A stretch of 64,000 nt of DNA. It comes from Dendrobates tinctorius. Taxonomy: Eukaryota. Under the pieces are notes generated by a model. That model was not told the origin of the DNA, made no database searches, and was given only the letters and a program-made list of their open reading frames with translations. Positions 39,310 to 51,140 of this stretch are shown here, piece by piece. The position numbers and the translations under genes were made by a program. The stretch lies in the NCBI RefSeq assembly GCF_039654945.1, contig NW_027361696.1, forward strand, positions 37,634,001-37,698,000, given 5' to 3'. Numbering within the stretch: position 1 is the first letter of the stretch; each line of letters begins with the position of its first letter.

Positions 39310-41836
39310 GTTGTAAGGAGGATCTCCCTAAAAATGTTCATTGCACATGCAACATAATCATAAGGTTTTCTAAGGTTGCCTTTTATGTGTGGTTTAACAC
39401 ATTTTTATTGACCGGCAGGTTATTAATCTTTTCCAACCACAAGCAGCCATGATAAAAAAAAGGATAAGTTAATTTTTCTACACATTTTCACAACTTTATC
39501 ATGTAAATACAGAGCTGCAGATTCACCGCCAAAAATTTACTAGAAGACAGAATTACATTTTTTTTTTTTTTCCGTGGTTCGTTTGTGGTTGAACTGGGGT
39601 CCTACCATGTAGGAATCCATATCAAGAACAGATCAGGTTCTAATCAAAACAGAAGAAGCCTGAAAATACAAAAATACCAAGGGTTAATCAAACAAAGTCA
39701 TTGGCTGTATCCAAAGTCTCATTGTGTCAATATCCTGTACCCCAAGTATTGGGCTGTCACTGACACTTGGTGAGAGCAAAATGACTCACTGATATTTGAG
39801 GTACAGAGTAATGACACCAAATTTCTGTCTGTTGTCATCCTGTACCCCGAATGTCAGAATTTCATTTTTCAGTACCCCCAGTTGTTGGTTTCATTACTCC
39901 AAAACCCAAGGTACGTATCATCCTGTACCCCAAGTGATGGCATCAATGACCTGTAGCCCCAATTGTTATAATCATCATACTCTACTTACTTAATGCCATT
40001 AATATTTCATACATCTAATAAGACAGATCGGGAGTTACACAAATGAATGGAAAGACGAGCAAGTGTAGAAAAATAAACAGATATGAGATTGAAGAAAACA
40101 TTTGAAGCAAAGTCTTCAGTCACTTTCAATGTAATAAATCTATACATCAAGGCACAAAGGAGAGATGCAGAAAATAACATTTGTTTATCATGTATCTGTA
40201 ATTAAAGCTCTAGATCAAATAAATAGTTTGTCTTTATTACCCTTTACCTATTATCACAAACAAATTCAGTTATATTTAAAACTTGATGGAAACCAGACCT
40301 AATTTTACCTTAGGGTCAATTTAAATAAAGAAAGTATGGAACTTATCAATTTTTTCAGAGAAGCCCAACAATATGAGGAAAATATTATCTATATGTTACA
40401 ACAAACTCAGAACTTGGCTGAAATTATGGGTCAGCTTCAACATCAGATCCCATTGCGGTACCCCTTTTTCAAACAAAATAAGTCACTCTTTCACAAAGAT
40501 ATTTTCATGAAAAGCAACCATCAGGACAAGCAAAAATGTATTGTTTTATAAAAACTGCTGTGAATTATATTAGTGAGTTCATTTGGATTAAGACATTTGT
40601 ATGTCATTATCAATAATTATTTTCCTAAAATAATTTTTTCAACTCCTCTTATAATTGCTTATTTTTGAAAATTTATTTAAGTAGTTAATTTTTTGTTCAG
40701 TAAAGGGGTACTGCCATGGGACCAAATGTAGTGATGAGATGAGATGAGTTTTGAGATTGTTGTGATACATAGAAAATATTTTTATTTTATGAATAAAATC
40801 CTCTGAAGAGCTGTATGGAAAATTCATTCACATTGATTAAACTTGTTGGATTTTGGAGAAGAATTAAAAAACAGTTATGGCAATAGCACTATTGTATGTC
40901 TGACACTGAAACAATATATAAATCGACTCACAGGATATATTTTATAAAAACACAAGGTACAGAAAAAAGAGTTAAGCAACACTAGCTGTAAAAAAAAGTT
41001 TGGTGCCAAGCGTCACAGGTTTTTAGAAACCCTCACAGTAGAATAGATAGAGGCAACTTTCATTGTGAATGCTCAGTAAGGTGATCTCTGTACTTAGACT
41101 CCAGAGTACCAGGCTGCACCTGTATATCACTGGTTACTAAGGACTTGGTTGGAGAACCAGCAGTAAACAAGCATACACAATTAGCTGAGAAAGACACTGG
41201 GACCAATGTCTATGCTGAGCAGCACTCACAGCGGCCGAGCCCAAATTGGTGGCCACAGAGGCAGATAAGGATTGGGATCTATCTAGTGCAGCAGGAGAAT
41301 CCTAACACCCACTACTGGAAAAATGCAATGTACAGAGCCTTGACTCTCCTCCTGCCTCACCGCCGACAGATTAGTGAGGAACTCTTGTTGCTGGCACCAT
41401 AATTTTAAAAGTTTTCCCCCTATTTTCCTCCCCAAGATTTGTGGTGTGTCTTATGGTCGGTACATCCTTGTAGTCTGAAAAATACTGTAATTTTTTCCCT
41501 ATTTGTATTATGCTATACATTTTATATGGAAAAAATAGTTATGTATAATACATATGAGAGGATGAGAAATGTAACAAATATATTTATGTATAGTTGAAAT
41601 TCTAAATAAAATACTCTGTCCCTATTTTCCTCTCCAGAAACCAGTCAGGTATTGCTGCATTGGTTTGAGTTGTAGCTCCCTCTGTTATTATGTAATTGAC
41701 CTTGGAGAATTGTCCATTAGACATAACAGACTCTTCAGAGTTCACAATTGTCCTGATCCTTGTAATCCCATTGGTAACTTAGCATAAGAAGAGACAAGAA
41801 AATACCCAGGATCCACCTAAGTCTACTGTACATTAA

Positions 41837-42743
41837 GGCTGTGTGCCCACGATGCGATTTTTAAGCGTTTTGCCACGATTTTTGGCGCGAAAATGCTGCG
41901 AAAACGTTTAAAAATTGTGTACAGAACGCCCCCCATGCATTCCTATGGCATTCCGCACATGCTGTGCTAATGCTGCGCTTTTTTCCGCGGCGGAAACGCA
42001 TCTCGGAAAAAATCGCAGCATGCTCATTCTTTTGTGCGGAATCGCAAAGAATTGCCGCGATTCCGCATCCATAGGAATGCATGAGAATCGCTTACTTCCC
42101 GCATGTGGCTATGCCCACTATGCGGGAAGTTAAGCGTCTCATGTGCGGTTGGTACCCACGGTGTGGAGGAGAGGAGACTGTCCTCCAGGCCCTGGGTACT
42201 ATACCCCTGTAAAAAAAAGAATAAAAAATAAAAAATCGGGGTATATTTACCTTCCGACGTCCCGCGCTGCATTCCTGGCCTAAGCGTTCCCAGTAATGCC
42301 TTGCGGCAAGGTCCTGTGATGACGTAGTCTCGCGTGACTCTAGCGGTCTCGCGAGATCACTATAGTAACATGAGAACAACATCATCACAGGTCTCGCAAG
42401 GCATTATTGGGAACGCTGAGGCCCGGGATGGCAGCGCGGGACATCGGAAGGTAAATATACCCCGATTTTTTATTTTTTTATCATTTTTAACATTTTATCT
42501 TTTACTATTGAGGCCGCATAGGCGGCCTCAATAGTAAAAAGCTGCTCACACTTGTCAAACACTATGTTTGACGAGTGTGACCAACCCGTCAATCACTTTC
42601 CAAGCGATGCTTCAAATCGCTTGGAAAGTGCTTGAGAAAATCGCGGCAAAATCGCGAACAGAATCGCGGTAAAATTGCGGTGATTTCTGGGAAGGAGTCC
42701 GGTTTTCACTGTGCGTTTTAAAATGCTACGTGGGCACATAGCC
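41837..42743. mobile_element. Harbinger-type MITE with internal foldback
   Basis: TAA flanks, ends GGCTGTGTGCCCAC...GTGGGCACATAGCC. Confidence 0.78.
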
Positions 42744-42746
42744 TAA

Positions 42747-43152
42747 AGGGGTTTTTCACATAGCGATATCGCTAGCAATATCGCTAAAGCATCACCGATT
42801 TTGTGACGCAGCAGCGATATTGCTAGCGATATCGCTATGTGTGATACTTACCTCTGACCGGCTCCCCCGCTGTCTGTCGCTGATCATGCGAGATCGTGCA
42901 GCTCCATTTCTCATCGGGCGCTTCCCGCTGGACTTCCTGCTGGCACCGACGAGCGGCTCGTGGACGCGGGCGGGAGGACGTCAGGATCGCCGCGTCTGAA
43001 AGGTAAGTAGCGACCGCTGCTGCGTCGCTATGTCGCTTTGAGATCTGCCTGTGTGGCAGCTCACTAGCAACCATTTAGCGATGCACCAGCGATCCTCACC
43101 GGGTCATATCGTGGTCAGGATCGCTGGTGCATTGCTAAATGTAAAGGGGGCT
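42747..43152. mobile_element. Harbinger-type MITE abutting the previous one
   Basis: Shares the TAA at 42744-42746; same family as 19535-19934 and 59351-59755. Confidence 0.8.
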
Positions 43153-44927
43153 TTAGGGTATTTTATCGCTGGATGAATTGGTTAATCAACACAGGAATAG
43201 ACATTATTAAGTGTGATAGATTTACAGATAAGTAGGTACAAAATAAATAAAAGGATTTACATTGATATCCAGAAGGAAATCAGAAGGAAATCAGAAGGAA
43301 ATCATCATTGTTAGGTAAAAATTTTGTAAAGCATATAACACGTAACACATTTGTTTAGTTTGGTGAAATCATAACTGTTTTTAATACCTATAATCCAAGG
43401 TTCAGTTGTAATTTTCAACTATATGAGTGTACAAATTTTAGGTGATGGATTAAACAGATAGGTAGGTCAATAGATGAGGATTTTGGGTAGAAGATACTCA
43501 AAAATAATAGACAAATGATAGGATCAACAGCTAGATAGATATGGTTGCTTGGGACAAGATACAAGACCTGAGACATTAAACAATCCACCCACCAGATCAT
43601 CATATTTGGTCCTGGATGGGGTCCATATTTTCCAGTATAGCCATTTACCTGAATTAGATCCTACATGTATTTTCAAATAATATATTCTCCATTATTATAC
43701 CTTTTACTAGAGTTGAGCAACTTTTGGTTTTTTAGGGTCGCGTTTCGTTTCGTGAAACCCGACTTTTCCAAAAGTCGGGTCGAGCAAGATCGTCCGATTA
43801 TAGGGAAAAGTCGGGGTCGTCCCGAAACACGAAACCCAATGTAAGTCAATGGGGAATAAAAGTCGGCAGTGAGAGGAGGACAGGAAACACACCTACAGTG
43901 CCCATTTGAATGCCAAAAGCATCAATTCTTCTTACTTAAGCTTGTCAACCTTAATTAACTTCATAATACAAGTTACGCACTGAAAAATGGGGGTTATTTG
44001 GCTAAAGTTGTGGGGGGGTAGGGCTGGCTCCAGGTTTTCATGTGCTCTGGGTGAAAGAGCGCCCCTTTAACACATACCACAACTCATCATGCTCCGATAC
44101 GGCAGAGAAATAGCGGTATAGTACAATGAAAAATACCACACTTTTTACATCTCATGACGAGGCCCATTTATTTCTCCATACAGTATCATTGGTCCCATAT
44201 AATGTTTGAAACAGTATATGATGAGGTCCATCCCCATGGATGAAGCTCCACTGTCTTATGGGCCCAAATAATGCTCCACATAATGGGCCCCATTTCTAAT
44301 GCTCTAGTGTATAATGGGCCCTGTAAATGCTGCTCCAGTGTCTGATGTCCACCTTTGGAATGTTCCAGTGTATGGTGGGCACCATCTATCATTCTCCAGA
44401 GTATAGTGCTCCCCAAAAATTGCTGTCCCAACATTGAAAACAATCAAATAAGTCTCCTCACTAGGGAATCCCTGTACTTGTCTGGACTCCTCGTCGTCCC
44501 CATCTTCCATCTCACTGCACAGTATTTCAACTTTGCAAGTGCTGTGATCCTGAGCAAGCGGGGGGGGCCCACTCATTGGCGACGGCACTGGCACAGGGCC
44601 CCTGATAGTACGGTGGTGTGTCTGATGGCGGGTGGGCCGAACCTGCACTTTCATCTGCAGCTTCCTCTTTGTCACCGTGTAAGATGGAACTGTATATGGG
44701 AAGGGTAACCTGAGTTTCATCAGGGTCAGATTCAGGCCGTGTAGCGTGTAGGGGAATGTAGTGGTCTGGGTCAATGTACCAGCAGATTCATCGAGCAGTG
44801 GCTGGGCATCAGTGCACTTGTGTCGCCCCCAGGAGTATGGTTGCCACAGTGGCATTACTTTCTTCCTAGGGAGTGTGATGTCATGCTTGGGAGCAACGAA
44901 CGATCTCTCTAGCAGGTTAACTGATTG

Positions 44928-45400
44928 GGCGGCGTTATTCCCACGAGTCATGACCCTCCAAACAGCGTTCATGAAGGCAAAGTGTTTGTTTTACGTGGGC
45001 AATATGGTTGCAAAGCTGAACCTTAAAGGAATGTCCAGAAGGGCACCACCAGGAGTGGAGCCTACGGTTAAATTCGACTCCACCTGGGAAACCTCAACCA
45101 TGCCAGCTACAGAACAGATGCACACATTGCAAGCTTAATTCCATTAACGAACGAGACTCCGTCATGCCCCGCGGTCCGAGTCCGGCTTACTAGAGGGACA
45201 CGTGAGGCTCTGGCACATGAGATTGGCCAATAACTGGTGTGTCATGCCATTACATGTCCGTGGCTGCATGTGCGCTACACTGAAAAGGCCAGCGTTTGTC
45301 GCTTACAGGTGCAGATAACCCGCTGAACAACGTTAGTGATGGGGATCACTGATTACAATTATTACCCGCGAACAATGATTTCCCAGTAAGTGCAGGTCAA
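44928..45400 (+). pseudogene. Degenerate 18S rRNA gene fragment inside the hAT element
   Basis: Collinear 18S motifs: GCGGCGTTATTCCC, ATGGTTGCAAAGCTGAA.CTTAAAGGAAT, GAAGGGCACCACCAGGAGTGGAGCCT, TAACGAACGAGACTC, TAGAGGGACA, GCGCTACACTGA, GTGATGGGGATC, TTCCCAGTAAGTGC.GGTCA. Confidence 0.92.
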
Positions 45401-45509
45401 CCGCAGTTCCGGAATTAGGCCTAACCGTCATTCCTGAAAAAATGAAAAACTTACGTGTGCAAACCACAGGTGCTGTAGCTTGCTTAACAGCTCGCCAGCC
45501 GTTCTCACG

Positions 45510-45910
45510 CCCAGTATGGATTGCACGTGATTGCACAAAGGTTAGAAAGGGTACCGTATCCCCGGATAACATGTATGGATAGCGTACACATTCAAAATAT
45601 ATGTCTGTACATCAGGAGGCAGGCTCAGACGGTGTTAGGCCCAGTATGGATTGCACGTGATTGCACAAAGGTTAGAAAGGGTACCGTATCCCCGGATAAC
45701 ATGTATGGATAGCGTACACATTCAAAATATATGTCTATACATCAGGAGGCAGGCTCAGACGGTGTTAGGCCCAGTATGGATTGCACGTGATTGCACAAAG
45801 GTTAGAAAGGGTACGGTATCCCCGGATAACATGTATGGATAGCGTACACATTCAAAATATATGTCTGTACATCAGGAGGCCGGCTCAGACGGTGTCAGGC
45901 ACAGTATGGA
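45510..45910. repeat. 130-bp tandem repeat, 3 units, in the hAT 3' region
   Basis: CCAGTATGGATTGCACGTG at 45511, 45641 and 45771. Confidence 0.95.
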
Positions 45911-46330
45911 TTTGACGGCCCAGATTACACAGCGGAGGAGCAGGGAGAGGTAAAGATTGCAAATGCTGGGGCCCTGCCCAAGCAAGGGGGGCCCACTCGT
46001 GGGCGTCGGTACTGGCACTGGGCCCCTCATAGTACGGCGGTGTGTCTGACGGCGGGTGTGCACCACCACCGTCAGAGACACTTGATTGCACTATGAGGGA
46101 CCCTGTGCCAGTGCCCGCACCCAAGAGTCGGCCTACCCACCTGTCCAGGGCAACGGCACTCGCACGATGTCGTGCGCTAGGTGGTGACCCCGGCCATGGG
46201 GGGGAGGCAGCACAGTTAGGGAGTTTTAGAAAGTGGCATATGTTGATGTTGGACATTCAGCTGATGCAAAAGGCGAAATAAGTGAAGTCCCAGGAAGAGG
46301 TGGACCAAAGAAAGCCATTTTTCTGTCACC

Positions 46331-49300
46331 CTATGTGTCATCAGGGGAAGGTGGGACAAAATCCTTGGAAACCCATGCATGGTTCATTTTAATGAAGGTT
46401 AGATCATCCACATTTTGGGTTGACAGACGGGTCCTTTTTTCTGTCAGGATTGATCCAGCTGCACTGAAGACTCTTTCCGATAGCACACTTGCAGCTGGGC
46501 AAGCGAGCTCCTGTAAGGCATATTGGGCCAATTCAGGCCAGGTGTCCAGTTTAGCGGCCCAATAGTCAAACCTGTGTGGGAGAACATCGATATGGGAGGA
46601 AAAGTAGTTTGTAACCATAGTTGACAACTGCTGTCTCTTGTCACTTTCCATCGATGCAGTATTACCAGTTGTGTGAGCGGTATTTGAAAAATCAGTCCAC
46701 AACATTGTCGTAAAACCCCTGTCTCCAACGCCACTTCTGCTGTGTGCACCACGAACACCTCTGCCAAGCTGCCCCCGGCCCGTACGGCTCGTGTGAGAAC
46801 CATCACCGCTGCTGTGTGCTGGGAATGCCTCAAGCAACCGATTTACCAGAGTTGCTTGTTTATTAGCTAATATTAGGTCATGGTTCTCCTGTGGCATGAT
46901 GTACTGTAATTTGCCTTTATAGCGTGGATCCAGGATGCTGGCCAACCAGTAGTCGTCATCGTTCATCATTTTGGCAATGCGTGGGTCCCTTTTTAGGATC
47001 TGCAAGGCATAATCTGACATGTGGGCCAATGTTCCCGGTGTCAATGATGCACTGTGAGTGCTGGGTGGAGGAGCACTTTCTGGCAAATCCACATCCCTCC
47101 AGTCACGCACAAACCCTGTACCAGACCTTGCCACGCCAACATTTTCACTTGCCCCACAAGATGCATCCTCCTCCCCTAAGTAATCATCCCCATCATCCTC
47201 CTCCTCCTCTTCTTCCTCCACCTCGTCCAGGAGAGGTCCCTGAGCAGACAATGGCTGAATGTCATCAAGGATTCCCTCCTCCTCTTCCTCCTCATCAACA
47301 TTGGCTGCAGACGCCTGCTCCTTAAGGTGCGTCAAAGTTTGCATGAGCAGACGCATAAGTGGGATGCTCATGCTTAGGATGGCGTCGTCTGCGCTTACCA
47401 GCCGTGTGCATTCCTTAAAACACTGAAGGACTTTACAGAGGTCTTTCAGCTTCGACCACTGCACACCTGTCAACTCCATGTCTGCTCTCAAAGTGCCTGG
47501 CCGTGTATCCTCCCACAAATGCATTATGGCCTGCCTCTGCTCGCACAGCCGCTCCACCATGTGCAGGGTGGAGTTCCACCTTGTTGCAATGTCGATAATG
47601 AGGCGGTGGTTGGGAAGGTGGAGCAATCGCTGCAGCTTCTGCATACGAACGGAGTGTACAGGCGACCGGCGGATGTGCACGCACAGTCTTCGCACCTTCT
47701 GGATCAGGGCTGTTAACTCCGGATAATTTTTGAGGAAGCACTGCACCACCAGGTTCAAGGTGTGAGCCAAGCAAGGTATATGGCTGAGTTTTGAAAGGGC
47801 TATGGCTGCCACAAAATTCCGGCCGTTATCACTAACTACCTTGCCTGCCTCAAGATGTACACTGCCCAGCCATGACTCAGTTTGTCGCTTCAAGTACTCG
47901 GCCAGCACCTCGGCGGTGTGTCTGTTGCCCAAACATATCATCTGCAACACAGCCTGCTGACGCTTTCCACTAGCTGCTCGATAGGGGGACACATCGTGTG
48001 CAACAGTGGCAGCTGCAGATGGAGTGCTCGTACGACTGCGCTCTGTGGACGAGCTTTCGCTTCTGGAGGAGGAGGAGGAGGAGGGTCGAACGCCTACAGC
48101 CAACTGTTTCCTATACCGTGGGCTAGGCAGCACTGTCCCACCACCGCTGTCCCCTGTGGACCCTGCATCCACCACATTAACCCAGTGCGCAGTGATGGAC
48201 ACGTAACGGCCCTGGCCATGCCGACTGGACCATGCATCAGTTGTGAGGTGCACCTTTCCGCTCACTGACTGCTTGAGTACATGGACAATGCGGTCTTTCA
48301 CATGATGGTGGAGGGCTGGGATGGCTTTGCGAGAGAAGAAGTGGCGACTGGGTAGGTCATAGCATGGTACTGCATAGGCCATGAGTTCGCGGAAAGCTGT
48401 GCTTTCCACCAACCGAAAGGGCATCATCTCAAACGAGATTAGTTTGGCAATGTGGGCGTTCAAACCCAGTGTACGCGGATGAGAGACTGAGTACTTTCTT
48501 GACCTACTCATAGTGTCTGGGAGGGTGAGCTGGACTTGAGAGCTGCATATGGTGGAAGTAGCGGTGGACAGGGCGGACTGAGAGAGGGTTGATGATGGTG
48601 ATGGAGTTGGTGTTCTTTCTGATGGCCTAGAATCAGTCTTTCGTTGATATAACAGTGGGATTCCCTGACTGTTGTGGCCTTGCAACGACACCTCAACATT
48701 TGCTGCTGTGCTAACCGGTGGGCTTACAGTGGGGGAAACAATGTAGCGTTGCTGACTACCTTCGTTGTGATCAGTTGCACATGTGGCACTTGAGGTTTGG
48801 TGTTGTGTCCACGCTTGCAAGTGCATGCTGGTTAAATGTCTAAGCATGCAACTGGTATTCAAATTTTTCAGATTTTTCCCTCGGCTAAAGGTCTTTGCGC
48901 ACTTCTCACAGATAACCTTGGCCTGATCATGAGGATTTTGGTCAAAAAAGTGCCACACTGCACTCTTCCTACTTTGGCAGACATTCTGCGGCCTAGCACG
49001 CTGTGATCTTTTGACCCTCTGGACAAGCTGTCCAGCAACTCTTTTGATGTTTGGAACCTGTCTTTGGAGTGCTCCGGGCCTGCCAGATAACAGCTGTTGC
49101 GATGTCGATGTCTGCTGTGGATGCTCCTCATCTGAGCTATTGGAAGCAGCACCCTCTTCCCCCAATGGATGCCAATCTGGGTCAACAACTGGGTCATCCA
49201 TCACCTCCTCTTCTATGTCATGTGCACCTTCCTCTGTGTCACCGTGTATGGTGGTATAGTGTGCGGGAAGGGGCACCTGAGTCTCATCAGGGTCAGAATC

Positions 49301-49765
49301 TGGCTCTGTACACTGCGAGGACAATGTAGTGCTCTGAGTGAATGTACCAGCAGAATCATTCATCAGCGGCTGTGCATCAGTGCACTCCATGTCAGATTCA
49401 TCTTGGCCTGGGTAATTCACCATTTGACTTGATAATCCAGGCATGGTATGTGAAAACAGCTCCATGGAGTAATCAGTGCTTTTACTTTTTATAACTGAAG
49501 AAGAGGAGGCGATAGAGCTGGAGACTGAGTCAGAAATGTAAGACAAAACTTTTTCCTGATGCTCTGGCTTTAAAAGCGGTTTGCCAACTCCTAGAAAACT
49601 AAGCATTCGAGGCCTTATGTAGCCAGACGATGACGCAGGCTCAACACCTCCTGCATTCGGTCCTATTTTGCTCTTGCCACTACCATCAGATCCACCACCA
49701 ACACCATCATTACCAGCTGCCAACCCCCGCCCAATTCCACGGCCTCTTCCACCAGCCTTCCTCAT
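46331..49765 (-). CDS. hAT transposase (BED zinc finger, DDE RNase H fold, hATC dimerisation domain), ~1144 aa
   Basis: SAVWHFF..CEKC..HLTSMH, HLTTDAWSS, VVSDNGRN, CLAH, TRWNST, SVLSERVFS. Likely start is MRKAGG at 49765. Confidence 0.96.
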   Translation of the reverse strand: MRKAGGRGRGIGRGLAAGNDGVGGGSDGSGKSKIGPNAGGVEPASSSGYIRPRMLSFLGVGKPLLKPEHQEKVLSYISDSVSSSIASSSSVIKSKSTDYSMELFSHTMPGLSSQMVNYPGQDESDMECTDAQPLMNDSAGTFTQSTTLSSQCTEPDSDPDETQVPLPAHYTTIHGDTEEGAHDIEEEVMDDPVVDPDWHPLGEEGAASNSSDEEHPQQTSTSQQLLSGRPGALQRQVPNIKRVAGQLVQRVKRSQRARPQNVCQSRKSAVWHFFDQNPHDQAKVICEKCAKTFSRGKNLKNLNTSCMLRHLTSMHLQAWTQHQTSSATCATDHNEGSQQRYIVSPTVSPPVSTAANVEVSLQGHNSQGIPLLYQRKTDSRPSERTPTPSPSSTLSQSALSTATSTICSSQVQLTLPDTMSRSRKYSVSHPRTLGLNAHIAKLISFEMMPFRLVESTAFRELMAYAVPCYDLPSRHFFSRKAIPALHHHVKDRIVHVLKQSVSGKVHLTTDAWSSRHGQGRYVSITAHWVNVVDAGSTGDSGGGTVLPSPRYRKQLAVGVRPSSSSSSRSESSSTERSRTSTPSAAATVAHDVSPYRAASGKRQQAVLQMICLGNRHTAEVLAEYLKRQTESWLGSVHLEAGKVVSDNGRNFVAAIALSKLSHIPCLAHTLNLVVQCFLKNYPELTALIQKVRRLCVHIRRSPVHSVRMQKLQRLLHLPNHRLIIDIATRWNSTLHMVERLCEQRQAIMHLWEDTRPGTLRADMELTGVQWSKLKDLCKVLQCFKECTRLVSADDAILSMSIPLMRLLMQTLTHLKEQASAANVDEEEEEEGILDDIQPLSAQGPLLDEVEEEEEEEDDGDDYLGEEDASCGASENVGVARSGTGFVRDWRDVDLPESAPPPSTHSASLTPGTLAHMSDYALQILKRDPRIAKMMNDDDYWLASILDPRYKGKLQYIMPQENHDLILANKQATLVNRLLEAFPAHSSGDGSHTSRTGRGQLGRGVRGAHSRSGVGDRGFTTMLWTDFSNTAHTTGNTASMESDKRQQLSTMVTNYFSSHIDVLPHRFDYWAAKLDTWPELAQYALQELACPAASVLSERVFSAAGSILTEKRTRLSTQNVDDLTFIKMNHAWVSKDFVPPSPDDT

Positions 49766-49841
49766 TTTTGGTAGAAATGTAGACAAAATCCAACAAACTA
49801 TATAGTAATGTAAAACAAGGTACAAGGTGTCTATAGGACAG

Positions 49842-51140
49842 GGGAGATTTTGAATTTCTGCAGACACTTGTGGACACTGGACACTTTTGGATTGTGTGAG
49901 GCCCACTGATATCTGAGCGCTATGTCACCGGCTCGATGGCACAGCTGTGACAAAAGTGACGAGATGATAAGGGAGATTTTGAATTTCTGCACACACTTGT
50001 GGACACTGGACACTTTTGGATTGTGTGAGGCCCAATGAATATCTGAGCGCTATGTGACAGGCTCGATGGCACAGCTGTGACCAAAGTGACTAGAGGATAA
50101 GGGAGATTTTGAATTTCTGCACACACTTGTGGACACTGGACACTTTTGGATTGTGTGAGGCCCACTGATATCTGAGCGCTATGTCACAGGCTCGATGGCA
50201 CAGCTGTGACAATAGTGACGAGAGGATAAGGGAGATTTTGAATTTCTGCACACACTTGTGGACACTGGACACTTTTGGATTGTGTGAGGCCCACTGATAT
50301 CTGAGCGCTATGTCACAGGCTCGATGGCACAGCTGTGACAAAAGTGACGAGAGGATAAGGGAGATTTTGAATTTCTGCACACACTTGTGGACACTGGACA
50401 CTTTTGGATTGTGTGAGGCCCACTGATATCTGAGCGCTATGTCACAGGCTCGATGGCACAGCTGTGACAAAAGTGACGAGAGGATAAGGGAGATTTTGAA
50501 TTTCTGCACACACATGTGGACACTGGACACTTTTGGATTGTGTGAGGCCCAATGAATATCTGAGCACTATGTGACAGGCTCGATGGCACAGCTGTGACCA
50601 AAGTGACGAGAGGATAAGGGAGATTTTGAATTTCTGCACACATTTGTGGACACTGGACACTTTTGGATTGTGTGAGGCCCACTGATATCTGAGTGCTATG
50701 TCACAGGCTCGATGGCACAGCTGTGACAAAAGTGACGAGAGGATAAGGGAGATTTTGAATTTCTGCACACACTTGTGGACACTGGACACTTTTGGATTGT
50801 GTGAGGCCCACTGATATCTGAGCGCTATGTCACAGGCTCGATGGCACAGCTGTGACAAAAGTGAAGAGAGGATAAGGGAGATTTTGAATTTCTGCACACA
50901 CTTGTGGACACTGGACACTTTTGGATTGTGTGAGGCCCACTGATATCTGAGCGCTATGTCACAGGCTCGATGGCACAGCTGTGACAAAAGTGACGAGAGG
51001 ATAAGGGAGGTTTTGAATTTCTGCACACACTTGTGGACACTGGACACTTTTGGATTGTGTGAGGCCCACTGATATCTGAGCGCTATGTCACAGGCTCGAT
51101 GGCACAGCTGTGACAAAAGTGACTAGAGGATAAGGGAGAT
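49842..51140. repeat. 129/130-bp tandem array (~10 units) upstream of the transposase
   Basis: GGGAGATTTTGAATTTCTGCACACACTTGTGGACACTGG units. Confidence 0.95.

Noticed and set aside
41040-41490. Possible LTR or DNA-transposon fragments
   Set aside because: No paired termini or TSD could be identified with confidence.
44304-44972. 222-aa ORF as a second transposon gene
   Set aside because: Similarity to the transposase N-terminus shifts frame midway and the ORF spans mosaic pieces. It is reported only as a ghost duplication.
44928-45400. Functional 18S rRNA gene
   Set aside because: Partial, internally deleted, mutated at conserved positions, with no rDNA unit around it.
46331-49765. Domesticated host ZBED1/ZBED4 gene
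   Set aside because: It is enclosed by TIRs and a TSD and has a near-identical second copy, so it is a transposon and no gene symbol is given.
49766-49906. 47-aa N-terminal extension of the transposase in the ORF track
   Set aside because: It starts inside the tandem repeat and the frame is not preserved in copy A.
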